Source: the human T2T-CHM13v2.0 reference genome, Homo sapiens. Taken from it: a DNA stretch of 64,000 bases. Every line of letters begins with the position of its first letter. Within the stretch, counting starts at the first letter, position 1. Where the stretch lies: the NCBI RefSeq assembly GCF_009914755.1, contig NC_060933.1. One strand, given 5' to 3'. Positions 43,471 through 58,200 of the stretch are shown one piece after another. Under the pieces are notes generated by a model that was given only the letters and a program-made list of their open reading frames with translations, ran no database searches and was not told where the DNA came from. The position numbers and the translations under genes were made by a program.

Positions 43471-46400
43471 CCATTCCATTACATTCGGATTGATTCTATT
43501 CAATTCCGTTACACTCCATTACATTCCATTCCATTCGGGTAGTTTCCATTCCATTCCATTCCATTCCTCTCCATTCCAAGGAACTCGGGTTGATTCCATT
43601 CCATTGCATTCCATTCCATTCCATTCAATTCCATTCCGTTCCATTCCATTCCATTACATTCGGATTGATTCTATTCAACTCCCTTACTCTCCATTACATT
43701 CCATTCCATTCGGGTTGTTCCATTCCATTCCATTCCATTCCACTCCATTCCATTGCACTCGGGTTTATTCCATTCCATTCCATTCCATTCCATTCCATTC
43801 CGGAAGATTCCATTCCATTGCATTCCGTTCCATTCCATTCCCCTGCACTGGCGTTGATTCCATTCCATTCCATTCCATTCCATTCCATTCCATTCCATTC
43901 CTTTCCGTTCCATTCCATTCCATTCCGTTCCATTCCAATCCATTCCATTCCGTTCCGTTCCGTTCCATTCCATTCCATTCCATTCTATTCGGGTTAATTC
44001 CATTCCATTCCGTTCGATTGCAATCGAGTTGATTCCATTCCATTCCATTCCATTCCATTCCATTCCTTTCCATTCCATTACGGATGATTCCATTCCATTG
44101 CATTCCATTCCATTCCATTCCCCTGTACTCGGGTTGATTCCATTCCATTCCATTCCAATCCATGCCATTCCACTCGTGTTGATTCCATTCTTTCCATTCC
44201 ATTCAAGTTGAATCCATTCCATTGCATTCCATTCCATTCCATTCCCCTGCAGTCGGGTTGTTTCCATTCCATTCCATTCCATTCCAATCCATTCCATTCC
44301 ATTCCGTTCCGTTCCATTCCATTCCATTCCATTCTATTCGGGTTAATTCCATTCCATTCCATTCCATTCCATTCCATTCCATTCCATTCCATTCCAATCG
44401 AGTTGATTCCATTCCATTCCATTCCATTCCATTCCACTCCATTTCAGTCCTTTCCATTCCATTCCACTCGGGTTGATTCCAATTTATTCCTTTCCATTCC
44501 ATTCCATTCCATTGCAATCGAGTTGATTCCATTGCTTTGCATTCCATTCCATTCCATTCCATTCCGGATGATTCCATTCCATTGCATTCCATTCCATTCC
44601 ATTCCCCTGCACTCGGGTTGATTCCATTCCATTCCACTCCATTCCGTTCCATTCCATTCCATTCCATTGTATTCGGGTTAATTCTATTCCATTCCATTCC
44701 ATTCCATTCCATTCCATTCCATTACAATCGAGTTGATTCCATTCCATTCCATTCCATTCCAGTCCTTTCCATTCCATTCCACTCGGGTTGATTCCATTCT
44801 ATTAGTTTCCATTCCATTCCATTCCCTTCCATTCCACTCTGGTTGATTCCATTCCTTTCCATTCCACTCGAATACATTCCCTCCTATTCCCCTCGGAACG
44901 ATTCCATTCCATTCCATTCCATTCCATTCCATTCCATGCCATTTCGTTCCATTCCATTCCATTCCGTATCATTCCATTCCATTCCATTCCATTCCATTCC
45001 ATTCCATTCCATTCCGTTCCATTCCATTCCATTACATTCGGATTGATTCTATTCAATTCCGTTACACTCCATTACATTCCATTCCATTCGGGTAGTTTCC
45101 ATTCCATTCCATTCCATTCCTCTCCATTCCAAGGAACTCGGGTTGATTCCATTCCATTGCATTCCATTCCATTCCATTCAATTCCATTCCGTTCCATTCC
45201 ATTCCATTACATTCGGATTGATTCTATTCAACTCCCTTACTCTCCATTACATTCCATTCCATTCGGGTTGTTCCATTCCATTCCATTCCATTCCACTCCA
45301 TTCCATTGCACTCGGTTTTATTCCATTCCATTCCATTCCATTCCATTCCATTCCGGAAGATTCCATTCCATTGCATTCCGTTCCATTCCATTCCCCTGCA
45401 CTTGCGTTGATTCCATTCCATTCCATTCCATTCCATTCCATTCCATTCCATTCCTTTCCGTTCCATTCCATTCCATTCCGTTCCATTCCAATCCATTCCA
45501 TTCCGTTCCGTTCCGTTCCATTCCATTCCATTCCATTCTATTCGGGTTAATTCCATTCCATTCCGTTCGATTGCAATCGAGTTGATTCCATTCCATTCCA
45601 TTCCATTCCATTCCATTCCTTTCCATTCCATTACGGATGATTCCATTCCATTGCATTCCATTCCATTCCATTCCCCTGTACTCGGGTTGATTCCATTCCA
45701 TTCCATTCCAATCCATGCCATTCCACTCGTGTTGATTCCATTCTTTCCATTCCATTCAAGTTGAATCCATTCCATTGCATTCCATTCCATTCCATTCCCC
45801 TGCAGTCGGGTTGTTTCCATTCCATTCCATTCCATTCCATTCCATTCCATTCCATTCCGTTCCGTTCCATTCCATTCCATTCCATTCTATTCGGGTTAAT
45901 TCCATTCCATTCCATTCCATTCCATTCCATTCCATTCCATTCCATTGCATTCCATTCCAATCGAGTTGATTCCATTCCATTCCATTCCATTCCATTCCAT
46001 TCCACTCCATTCCAGTCCTTTCCATTCCATTCCACTCGTGTTGATTCCAATGTATTCCTTTCCATTCCATTCCATTCCATTGCAATCGAGTTGATTCCAT
46101 TGCTTTGCATTCCATTCCATTCCATTCCATTCCGGATGATTCCATTCCATTGCATTCCATTCCATTCCATTCCCCTGCACTCGGGTTGATTCCATTCCAT
46201 TCCACTCCATTCCGTTCCATTCCATTCCATTCCATTGTATTCGGGTTAATTCTATTCCATTCCATTCCATTCCATTCCATTCCATTCCATTCCATTACAA
46301 TCGAGTTGATTCCATTCCATTCCATTCCATTCCAGTCCTTTCCATTCCATTCCACTCGGGTTGATTCCATTCTATTAGTTTCCATTCCATTCCATTCCCT

Positions 46401-46550
46401 TCCATTCCACTCTGGTTGATTCCATTCCTTTCCATTCCACTCGAGTACATTCCCTCCTATTCCCCTCGGAACGATTCCATTCCATTCCATTCCATTCCAT
46501 TCCATTCCATGCCATTTCGTTCCATTCCATTCCATTCCGTATCATTCCAC
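43430..46550 (+). repeat. ~1.55-kb direct tandem duplication (2 copies: ~43430-44982 and ~44983-46550)
   Basis: ORF pairs 43590/45143, 43671/45224 and 44029/45582 are offset by 1553, rising to 1573 at 44843/46416. Shared private variants: CAATTCCGTTACAC, CCAAGGAACTCGGG, CCTATTCCCCTCGGAACG, CCATGCCATTTCG. Confidence 0.9.
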
Positions 46551-49500
46551 TCCATTCCATTCCATTCCATTCCATTCCATTCCATTCCATTGTACTCCGG
46601 TTGATTCCATTCCATTGCATTCCATTTCATTCCATTCCACTCCATTCCGTTGCATTCCATTCCATTACATTCGGATTGATTCTATTAAACTCCCTTACTC
46701 TCCATTACATTCCATTCCATTCGGGTATTTCCCATTCCATTCCATTCCATTCCACTCCATTCCATTGCACTCGGGTTGATTCCATTCCATTCCATTCCAT
46801 TCCGGATGATTCCATTCCATTGCATTCCATTCCATTACATTCTATTCCGTACCATTCCATTCCTTTCCATACCATTCCATTCCATTCCATTCCATTCCAT
46901 TCCATTCCATTCCATTCCATTCTATTCGGATTAATTCCATTCCAGTCCATTCCATTCCATTGTATTCCATTCCATTGCAATCGAGTTGAATCCATTGCAT
47001 TTCATTCCATTCCATTCCATTCCATTCCATTCCATTCCATTCCATTCCGGAAGATTCCATTCCATTGCATTCCATTCCATTCCATTCCCCTGCACTCGAG
47101 GTGATTCCATTCCATTCCATTCCATTCCATTCCATTCCATTCCATTCCATTCCATTCCATTCCATTCCGTTCCGTTCCCTTCCTCTCCATTCCATTCCGT
47201 TCCGTTCCATTCCATTCCATTCCATTCCATTCCATTTCGTTCCATTCCATTCTATTCCTTATCTTTCCATTCCATTCCATGCCATTCCATTCCATTCCAT
47301 TCCATTCCATTCCACTCGTGTTGATTCCATTCCTTTCCATTCCATTCGGTTTGAAGGTATTCCAATCCATTCCATTCCATTCCATTCCATTCCATTCCAT
47401 TCCATTGTACTCAGGTTGATTCCATTCCATTGCATTCAATTCCATTCCATTCCATTCCATTCCGTTTCATTCCATTCCATTACATTCGGATTGATTCTAT
47501 TCAACTCCCTTACTCTCCATTTCATTCCATTCCATTCGGGTTGTTCCATTCATTCCATTCCATTCCACTCCATTCCATTGCACTCGGGTTGATTCCACTC
47601 CATTCCATTCCATTCCATTCCATTCCGGATGATTCCATTCCATTGCATTCCGTTCCATTACATTCCCCTGCACTCGCGTTGATTCCATTCCATTCCATTC
47701 CATTCCATTCCATTCAATTCCATTCCATTACAATTCGTTCTATTCCATTCTATTCCGTAGCATTCCGTTTCATTCCATACCATTCCATTCCATTCCATTC
47801 CATTCCATTCCATTCCATTCCATTCCGTTCCATTCTGTTCCATTCCATTACATTCCATTCTATTCGGATTAATTCCACTCCATTCCATTCCATTCAATTC
47901 TATTCCATTCCATTGCAATCAAGTTGAATCCATTGCATTTCATTCCATTCCATTCCATTCCATTCCATTCCATTCCGGAAGATTCCATTCCATTGCATTC
48001 CATTCCATTCCATTCCCCTGCACTCGCGTTGATTCCATTCCATTCCATTCCATTCCATTCCATTCCGTTCCGTTCCATTCCATTCCATTGCATTCCATTC
48101 CATTCCATTACGTTCCGTTCCATTCCATTCCATTCCAGTCTATTCGGGTTAATTCCATTCCATTCCATTCGATTGCAATCGTGTTGATTCCATTCCATTC
48201 CATTCCATTCCATTCCATTCCATTCCATTCCTTTCCATTCCATTACGGATGATTCCATTCCATTGCATTCCATTCCATTCCATTCCCCTGTACTCGGGTT
48301 GATTCCATTCCATTGCATTCCAATCCATGCCCTTCCACTCGTGTTGATTCCATTCTTTCCTTTCCATTCAAATTGAATCCATTCCATTGCGTTCCATTCC
48401 ATTCGATTCCATTCGATTGCACTCGGGTTGATTCCATTCCATTGCATCCCATTCCATTCCATTCAATTCCATTCCGTTCCATTCCATTCCATTACATTCG
48501 GATTGATTCTATTCAACTCCCTGTGTCTCCATTACATTCCATTCCATTCGGGTTGTTCCATTCCATTCCATTCCATTCCACTCCATTCCATTGCACTCGG
48601 GTTTATTCCATTCCATTCCATTCCATTCCATTCAATTCCATTCCATTCCGGAAGATTGCATTCCATTGCATTCCATTCCATTCCATTCCCCTGCACTCGC
48701 GTTGATTCCATTCCATTCCATTCCATTCCATTCCATTCCATTCCATTCCATTCCTTTCCGTTCCATTCCATTCCATTCCATTCCATTCCGTTGCGTTCCA
48801 TTCCATTCCATTACATTCGGATTGATTCTATTCAATTCACTTACACTCCATTACATTCCATTCCATTCGGGTAGTTTCCATTGCATTCCATTCCATTCCT
48901 CTCCATTCCATTGCACTCGGGTTGATTCCATTCCATTGCATTCCATTCCATTCCATTCCATTCAATTCCATTCCGTTCCATTCCATTCCATTGTACTCGG
49001 GTTGATTCCATTCCATTGCATTCCATTCCATTCCATTCCATTCCGTTCCGTTGCATTCCATTCCATTACATTCGGATTGATTCTATTCAACTCCCTTACT
49101 CTCCATTACATTCCATTCCATTCGGGTTGTTCCATTCCATTCCATTCCATTCCACTCCATTCCATTGCACTCGGGTTGATTCCATTCCATTCCATTCCAT
49201 TCCATTCCATTCCATTCCATTCCATTCCGGATGATTCCATTCCATTGCATTCCGTTCCATTACATTCCCCTGCACTCGCGTTGATTCCATTCCATTCCAT
49301 TCCATTCCATTCAATTCCATTCCATTACAATTCGTTCCATTCCATTCTATTCCGTACTATTCCATTCCATTCCATACCATTCCATTCCATTCCATTCCAT
49401 TCCATTCCATTCCTTTCCGTTCCATTCTGTTCCATTCCATTCCATTCCATTCTATTCGGGTTAATTCCATTCCATTCCATTCCTTTCCATTCCATTACGG

Positions 49501-52500
49501 ATGATTCCATTCCATTGAATTCCATTCCATTCCATTCCCCTCTACTCGGGTTGATTCCATTCCATTCCATTCCAATCCATGCCATTCCACTCGTGTTGAT
49601 TCCATTCTTTCCATTCCATTCAAGTTGAATGCATTCCATTGCATTCCATTCCATTCCATTCCCCTGCAGTCGGGTTGATTCCATTCCATTCCATTCCATT
49701 CCATTCCATTCCATTCCATTCTGTTCCGTTCCGTTCCATTCCATTCCATTCCATTCTATTCGGGTTAATTCCATTCCATTCCATTCCATTCCATTCCAAT
49801 CGAATTGATTCCATTCCATTCCATTCCATTCCATTCCATTCCATTCCATTCCAGTCCTTTCCATTCCATTCCACTCGGGTTGATTCCAATGTATTCCTTT
49901 CCATTCCATTCCATTCCATTGAAATCGAGTTGATTCCATTGCTTTGCATTCCATTCCATTCCATTCCATTCCGGATGATTCCATTCCATTGCATTCCATT
50001 CCATTCCATTCCCCTGCACTCGGGTTGATTCCATTCCATTCCACTCCATTCCGTTCCATTCCATTCCATTCCATTGTATTCGGGTTAATTCCATTCCATT
50101 CCATTCCATTCCATTCCATTCCATTCCATTCCATTCCATTACAATCGAGTTGATTCCATTCCATTCCATTCCATTCCATTCCATTCCAGTCCTTTCCATT
50201 CCATTCCATTCCATTCTATTCGGTTTAATTCCATTCCATTCCATTCCATTCCATTCCATTCTATTCCATTCCATTCCCTTCCTTTCCTTTCCGTTCCGTT
50301 CCATTCCATTCCATTCCATTCCATTCCATTCCATTCTATTCCATTCCATGGCAATCGAGTTGAATGCATTGCATTCCATTCCATTCCATTCCATTCCATT
50401 CCATTCCATTCCATTCCATTCCGGAAGATTCCATTCCATTGCATTCCATTCCATTCCATTCCATTCCATTCCATTCCATTCCATTCCATTCCATTTCATT
50501 GTACTCGGGTTGATTCCATTCCATTGCATTCCATTCCACTACATTCCATTCCATTCCGTTGCATTCCATTCCATTACATTCGGATTGATTCTATTCAACC
50601 CCCTTACTCTCCATTACATTCCATTCCATTCGGGTTGTTCCATTATATTCCATTCCATTCCACTCCATTCCATTGCTCTCGGGTTGATTCCATTCCATTC
50701 CATTCCATTCCATTCCATTCCATTACGGATGATTCCATTCCATTGCATTCCGTTCCATTACATTCCCCTAAACTCGCGTTGATTCCATTCCATTCCATTC
50801 CATTCCATTCCATTCCGTTCCATTACAATTCGCTCCATTCCATTCTATTCCATACCATTCCATTCCATTCCATACCATTCCATTGCATTCCATTCCATTC
50901 CATTCCGTTCCATTCCGTTCCATTCCATTCCATTCCATTCCATTCGGGTTAATTCCATTCCATTCCATTCCATTCCATTCCATTCCATTCCATTCTATTC
51001 CATTCCATTGCAATCGAGTTGAATCCATTGCATTTCATTCCATTCCATTCCATTCCGGAAGATTCCATTCCATTGCATTCCATTCCATTCCATTCCCCTG
51101 CACTCGCGTTGATTCCATTCCATTCCATTCCATTCCATTCCATTCCATTCCGTTCCATTCCGTTCCATTCCATTCCATTCCATTCCGTTCCGTTACATTC
51201 CATTCCATTCCATTCTATTCGGGTTAATTCCATTCCATTCCATTCGATTGCAATCGAGTTGATTCCATTCCATTCCATTCCATTCCATTCCATTCCATTC
51301 CTTTCCATTCCATTACGGATGATTCCATTCCATTGCATTCCATTCCATTCCATTCCCCTGTACTCGGCTTGATTCCATTCCATTCTATTCCAATCCATGC
51401 CATTCCACTCGTGTTGATTCCATTCTTTCCATTCCATTCAAGTTGAATCCATTCCATTGCATTCCATTCCATTCGATTCCATTCGATTGCACTCGGATTG
51501 ATTCCATTCCATTGCATTCCATTCCATTCCATTCCATTCCATTCCATTCCATTCCATTCCCTTCCATTCCATTCCATTACATTCGGATTCATTCTATTCA
51601 ACTCCCTTACTCTCCATTCCATTCCATTCCATTCGGGTTGTTCCATTCCATTCCATTCCATTCCATTCCATTCCATTGCACTCGGGTTTATTCCATTCCA
51701 TTCCATTCCATTCCATTCCATTCCGGAAGATTCCATTCCATTGCATTCCATTCCATTCCATTCCCCTGCACTCGCGTTGATTCCATTCCATTCCATTCCA
51801 TTCCATTCCATTCCATTCCATTCCATCCCTTTCCGTTACATTCCATTCCATTCCATTCCATTCCAATCCATTCCATTCCGTTCCGTTCCATTCCATTCCA
51901 ATCCATTCCATTCTATTCGGTTTAATTCCATTCCATTCCATTTGATTGCAATCGAGTTGATTCCATTCCATTCCATTCCATTCCATTCCATTCCATTATA
52001 TTCCTTTCCATTCCATTACGGATGATTCCATTCCATTGCATTCCATTCCATTCCATTCCCCTGTAATCGGGTTGATTCTATTCCATTCCATTCCAATCCA
52101 TGCCATTCCACTCGTGTTGATTCCATTCTTTCCATTCCATTCAAGTTGAATCCATTCCATTGCATTCCATTCCATTCCATTCCCCTGCAGTCGGGTTGAT
52201 TCCATTCCATTCCATTCCATTCCATTCCATTCCATTCCATTCCATTCCGTTCCGTTACATTCCATTCCACTCCATTCTCTTCGGGTTAATTCCATTCCAT
52301 TCCATTACATTCCATTCCATTCCAATCGAGTTGATTCCATTCCATTCCATTCCATTCCATTCCACTCCATTCCACTCCTTTCCATTCCATTCCACTCGGG
52401 TTGATTCCAATGTATTCCTTTCCATTCCATTCCATTCCATTGCAATCGAGTTGATTCCATTGCTTTGCATTCCATTCCATTCCATTCCATTCCGGATGAT

Positions 52501-55215
52501 TCCATTCCGTTGCATTCCATACCATTCTAATCCCCTGCACTCGGGTTGATTCCATTCCATTCCACTCCATTCTGTTCCATTCCATTCCATTCCATTGTAT
52601 TCGGGTTAATTCCATTCCATTCCATTCCATTCCATTCCATTCCATTACAATCGAGTTGATTCCATTCCATTCCATTCCATTCCAGTCCTTTCCATTCCAC
52701 TCCACTCGGGTTGATTCCATTCTATTAGTTTCCATTCCATTCCATTCCCTTCCATTCCAATCTGGTTGATTCCATTCCTTTCCATTCCACTCGAATACAT
52801 TCCCTCCTATTCCACTCGGAACGATTCCATTCCATTCCATTCCATTCCATTGTACTCGGGTTGATTCCATTCCATTGCATTCCATTCCATTCCATTCCAT
52901 TCCATTCCGTTGCATTCCATTCCATTACATTCGGATTCATTCTATTCAACTCCCTTACTCTCCATTACATTCCATTCCATTCGGGTTGTTCCATTCCATT
53001 CCATTCCATTCCATTCCATTCCATTTCACTCGGGTTGATTCCATTCCATTCCATTCCTTTCCATTCCATTCCATTCCGGATGATTCCATTCCATTGCATT
53101 CCGTTCCATTACATTCCCCTGCTCTCGCGTTGATTCCATTCCATTCCATTCCATTCCATTCAATCCCATTCCATTACAGTTCGTTCCATTCCATTCTATT
53201 CCGTACCATTCCATTCCATTCCATACCATTCCATTCCATTCCATTCCATTCCATTCCATTCGGTTCCATTCCGTTCCATTCCATTCCATTCCATTCTATT
53301 CGGATTAATTCCATTCCATTCCATTCCATTCCATTCTATTCCATTCCATTGCAATCGAGTTGAATCCATTGCATTTCATTCCATTGCATTCAATTCCATT
53401 CCATTCCGGAAGATTCCATTCCATTGCATTCCATTCCATTCCATTCCCCTGCACTCGCTTTGATTCCATTCCATTCCATTCCATTCCATTCCATTCCATT
53501 CCGTTCCGTTCCATTCCATTCAATTCCATTCCATTCCATTCCATTCCGTTCCGTTCCATTCCATTCCATTCCATTCTATTCGGGTTAATTCCATTCCATT
53601 CCATTCGATTGCAATCGAGTTGATTCCATTCCATTCCATTCCATTCCATTCCATTCCATTCCATTCCATTCCATTACTTTCCATTCCATTACGGATGATT
53701 CCATTCCATTGCATTCCATTGCATTCCATTCCCCTGTACTCAGGTTGATTCCATTCCATTCCATTCCATCCCATGCCATTCCACTCGTGTTGATTCCATT
53801 CCATTCCATTCCATTCCATTCGATTCCATTCCATTCCAATTCTTTCCATTCCATTTTATTCCGTACCATTCCATTCCATTCCATACAATTCCATTCCACT
53901 CCATTCCACTCTGTTCCGTTCCGTTCTGTTCCGTTCCGTTCCATTCCATTCCATTCCATTCTATTCGGTTTAATTCCATTCCATTACATTCCGTTCCATT
54001 GCAATCGAGTTGAATCCATTGCATTCCATTCCATTCCATTCCATTCCATTCCATTCCATTCCGGAAGATTCCATTCCATTGCATTCCATTCCATTCCATT
54101 CCATTCCATTCCATTCCATTCCATTCCATTCCATTGTAGTCGGGTTGATTCCATTCCATTGCATTCCATTCCATTCCATTCCATTCCATTCCATTCGGTT
54201 CCATTCCATTCCATTCCATTCGGATTGATTCTTTTCAACTCCCTTACTCTCCATTACATTCCATTTCATTCGGGTTGTTCCATTCCATTCCATTCCATTC
54301 CACTCCATTCCATTGCAATCGGGTTGATTCCATTCCATTCCATTGCATTCCATTCCGGATGATTCCATTGCATTCCGTTCCATTACATTCCCCAGCACTC
54401 GCGTTGATTCCATTCCATTCCATTCCATTCCATTCCGTTCCGTTCCGTTCCATTCCATTCCATTCCATTCTATTCGGGTTAATTCCATTCCATTCCATTC
54501 GATTGCAATCGAGTTGATTCCATTCCATTCCATTCCATTCCATTCCATTCCATTCCATTCCAGGCCTTTCCATTCCATTACTGATGATTCCATTCCATTG
54601 CATTCCATTCCATTCCATTCCCCTGTACTCGGGTTGATTCCATTCCATTCCATTCCAATCCATGACATTCCACTCGTGTTGATTCCATTCTTTCCTTTCC
54701 ATTCAAGTTGAATCCATTCCATTGCATTCCATTCCATTCGATTCCATTCGATTGCACTCGGGTTGATTCCATTCCATTGCATTCCATTCCATTCCATTCC
54801 ATTCCATTCCATTCCGTTCCATTCCATTTCATTACATTCAGATTGATTCTATTCAATTCCCTTACACTCCATTATATTCCAATCCATTCTGGTTGTTTCC
54901 ATTCCATTCCATTCCATTTCACTCCATTCAATTGCACTCGGGTTGATTCCATTCCATTCCATTCCATTCCATTCCATTCCGGATGATTCCATTCCATTGC
55001 ATTCCATTCCATTCCATTCCCCTGCACTCGTGTTGATTCCATTCCATTCCATTACATTACATTCGGTTCCATTACATTCCATTCTATTCGGATTTATTCT
55101 ATTCAATTCCCTTACACTTCATTACATTCCATTCCATTCGGGTAGTTTCCATTCCATTCCATTCCTTTCCTCTCTATTCCATTGCACTCGGGTTGATTCC
55201 ATTCCATTCCATTCC

Positions 55216-58200
55216 ATTCCATTCCATTCCATTCCATTCCAATCAATTCCATTCCATTACAATTCGTTCCATTCCATTCTATTCCGTACCATTCCATTCC
55301 ATTCCATACCATTCCATTCCATTCCATACCATTCCATTCAATTCCATTCCATTCCATTCCGTTCCATTCCGTTCCATTCCATTCCATTCCATTCTATTCG
55401 GGTTAATTCCATTCCATTCCATTCCATTCCATTCCATTCCATTCTATTCCATTCCATTGCAATCGAGTTGAATCCATTGCATTTCATTCCATTCCATTCC
55501 ATTCCATTCCATTCCGGAAGATTCCATTCCATTGCATTCCATTCCATTCCATTCCCCTGCACTCGCGTTTATTCCATTCCATTCCATTCCATTCCATTCC
55601 ATTCCGTTCCGTTCCGTTCCATTCCATTCCATTCCGTTCCGTTCCATTCCATTCCATTCCATTCTATTCGGGTTAATTCCATTCCATTCCATTCGATTGC
55701 AGTCGAGTTGATTCCATTCCATTCCATTCCATTCCATTCCATTCCATTCCATTCCTTTCCATTCCATTACGGATGATTCCATTCCATTGCATTCCATTCC
55801 ATTCCATTCCCCTGTACTCGGGTTGATTCCATTCCATTCCATTCCAATCCATGCCATTCCACTCGTGTTGATTCCATTCTTTCCATTCCATTCAAGTTGA
55901 ATCCATTCCATTGCATTCCATTCCATTCGATTCCATTCGATTGCACTCGGGTTGATTCCATTCCATTGCATTCCATTCCATTCCATTCCATTCCATTCCA
56001 TTCCGTTCCTTTCCATTTCATTACATTCAGATTGATTCTATTCAATTCCCTTACACTCCATTATATTCCAATCCATTCTGGTTGTTTCCATTCCATTCCA
56101 TTCCATTTCACTCCATTCCATTGCACTCGGGTTGATTCCATTCCATTCCATTCCATTGCATTCCATTCCATTCCATTCCGGATGATTCCATTCCATTGCA
56201 TTCCTTTCCATTCCATTCCCCTGCACTCGTGTTGATTCCATTCCATTCCATTCCATTCCATTACATTCCGTTCCATTCCATTCCATTCCATTCGGATTGA
56301 TTCTACTCAATTCCCTGACACTCCATTACATTCCATTCCATTCGGGTAGTTTCCATTCCATTCCATTCCATTCCTCTCCATTCCATTGCTCTCGGGTTGA
56401 TTCCATTCCATTCCATTCCATTCCATTCCATTCCATTCCATGCCATTCCATTCCATTCCATTCCGTTCCATTGTACTCGGGTTGATTCCATTCCATTGCA
56501 TTCCATTCCATTCCATTCCATTCCATTTCATTCCATTCCATTCCATTCCGTTCCATTCCATTACATTCGGATTGATTCTATTCAACTCCCTAACTCTCCA
56601 TTACATTCCATTCCATTCGCGTTGTTCCATTCCATTCCGTTCCATTCCACTCCATTCCATTGCACTCGGGTTGATTCCATTCCATTCCATTCCATTCAAT
56701 TCCATTCCATTCCATTCCGGATGATTCCATTCCATTGCATTCCGTTCCATTACATTCCCCTGCACTCGGGTTGATTCCATTCCATTCCACTCCATTGCAT
56801 TCGATTCCATTCCATTCCAATTCTTTCCATTCTATTCTATTCCGTAACATTCCATTCCATTCCATACAATTCCATTCCATTCCATTCCACTCCGTTCCGT
56901 TCCGTTCCGTTCCGTTCCATTCCATTCCATTCCATTCTATTCGGTTTAATTCCATTCCATTGCATTCCATTCCATTCTATTCCATTCCATTGCAATCGAG
57001 TTGAATCCATTGCATTCCATTCCATTCCATTCCATTCCATTCCATTCCGGAAGATTCCATTCCATTGCATTCCATTCCATTCCATTCCATTCCATTGTAC
57101 TCGGGTTGATTCCATTCCATTGCATTCCATTCCATTCCATTCCATTCCGTTCCATTCCATTCCATTGCATTAGGATTGATTCTTTTCAACTCCCTTACTC
57201 TCCATTACATTCCATTCCATTCGGGTTGATTCCATTCCATTCCATTCCATTCCATTCCGGATGATTCCATTCCATTGCATTCCGTTCCATTACATTCCCC
57301 TGCACTCGGGTTTATTCCATTCCATTCCATTCCATTCCATTCGATTCCATTCCATTCTCCTGCACTCGCGTTGATTCCATTCCATTCCATTCCATTCCAT
57401 TCCATTCCATTCCATTCCATTTCGTTGCATTCCATTCTATTCCGTATCATTCCATTCCATTCCATTCCATTCCATTCCATTCCATTCCATTCCATTCCAT
57501 TCCACTCGTGTTGATTCCATTCCTTTCCATTCCATTCGATTTGAAGGCATTCCATTCTATTCCATTCCATTCCATTCCATTCCATTCCATTCCATTGTAC
57601 TCGGGATGATTCCATTCCATTGCATTCCATTCCATTCCATTCCATTCCTTTCCATTCCGTTGCATTCCATTCCATTACATTCGGATTGATTCTATTCATC
57701 TCCCTTACTCTCCATTACATTCCATTCCATTCGGGTTGTTCCATTCCATTCCATTCCATTCCACTCCATTCCATTGCACTCGGGTTGATTCCATTCCATT
57801 CCATTCCATTCCATTCGATGTCATTCCATTCCAATTCTTTCCATTCCATTCTATTTCGTACCATGCCATTCCATTCCATACAATTCCATTCCATTCCATT
57901 CCACTCCGTTCCGTTCCGTTCCGTTCCGTTCCATTCCATTCCATTCCATTCTATTCGGGTTAATTCCATTCCATTCCATTCGATTGCAATCGAGTTGATT
58001 CCATTCCATTCAATTCCATTCCATTCCATTCCATTCCATTCCATTCCATTCCATTCCATTCCATTCCATTGTACTCGGGTTGATTCAATTCCATTGCATT
58101 CCATTCCATTCCATTCCATTCCATTCCGTTGCATTCCATTCCATTACATTCGGATTGATTCTATTCAACTCCCTTACTCTCCATTACATTCCATTCCATT

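Larger units (their letters stand above)
36205..55215 (+). repeat. 19,011-bp higher-order repeat / tandem duplication unit, copy 1 (complete)
   Basis: ORFs from 36327 to ~44962 recur with identical translation exactly 19,011 bp downstream (36327/55338, 38609/57620, 41393/60404, 43349/62360, 44684/63695). Private variants are shared, e.g. ATCAATTCC 36231/55242 and CCAAGGAACTCGGG 43576/62587. Confidence 0.93.

Noticed and set aside
28720-57550. Rare TTTGAAGG(C/T)ATTCC motif (~28728, 35857, 38529, 47350, 57540) as a possible foreign insertion or transposon end
   Set aside because: It stays in the pentamer register and has no target-site duplication or associated unique sequence; it is a diverged spacer module.
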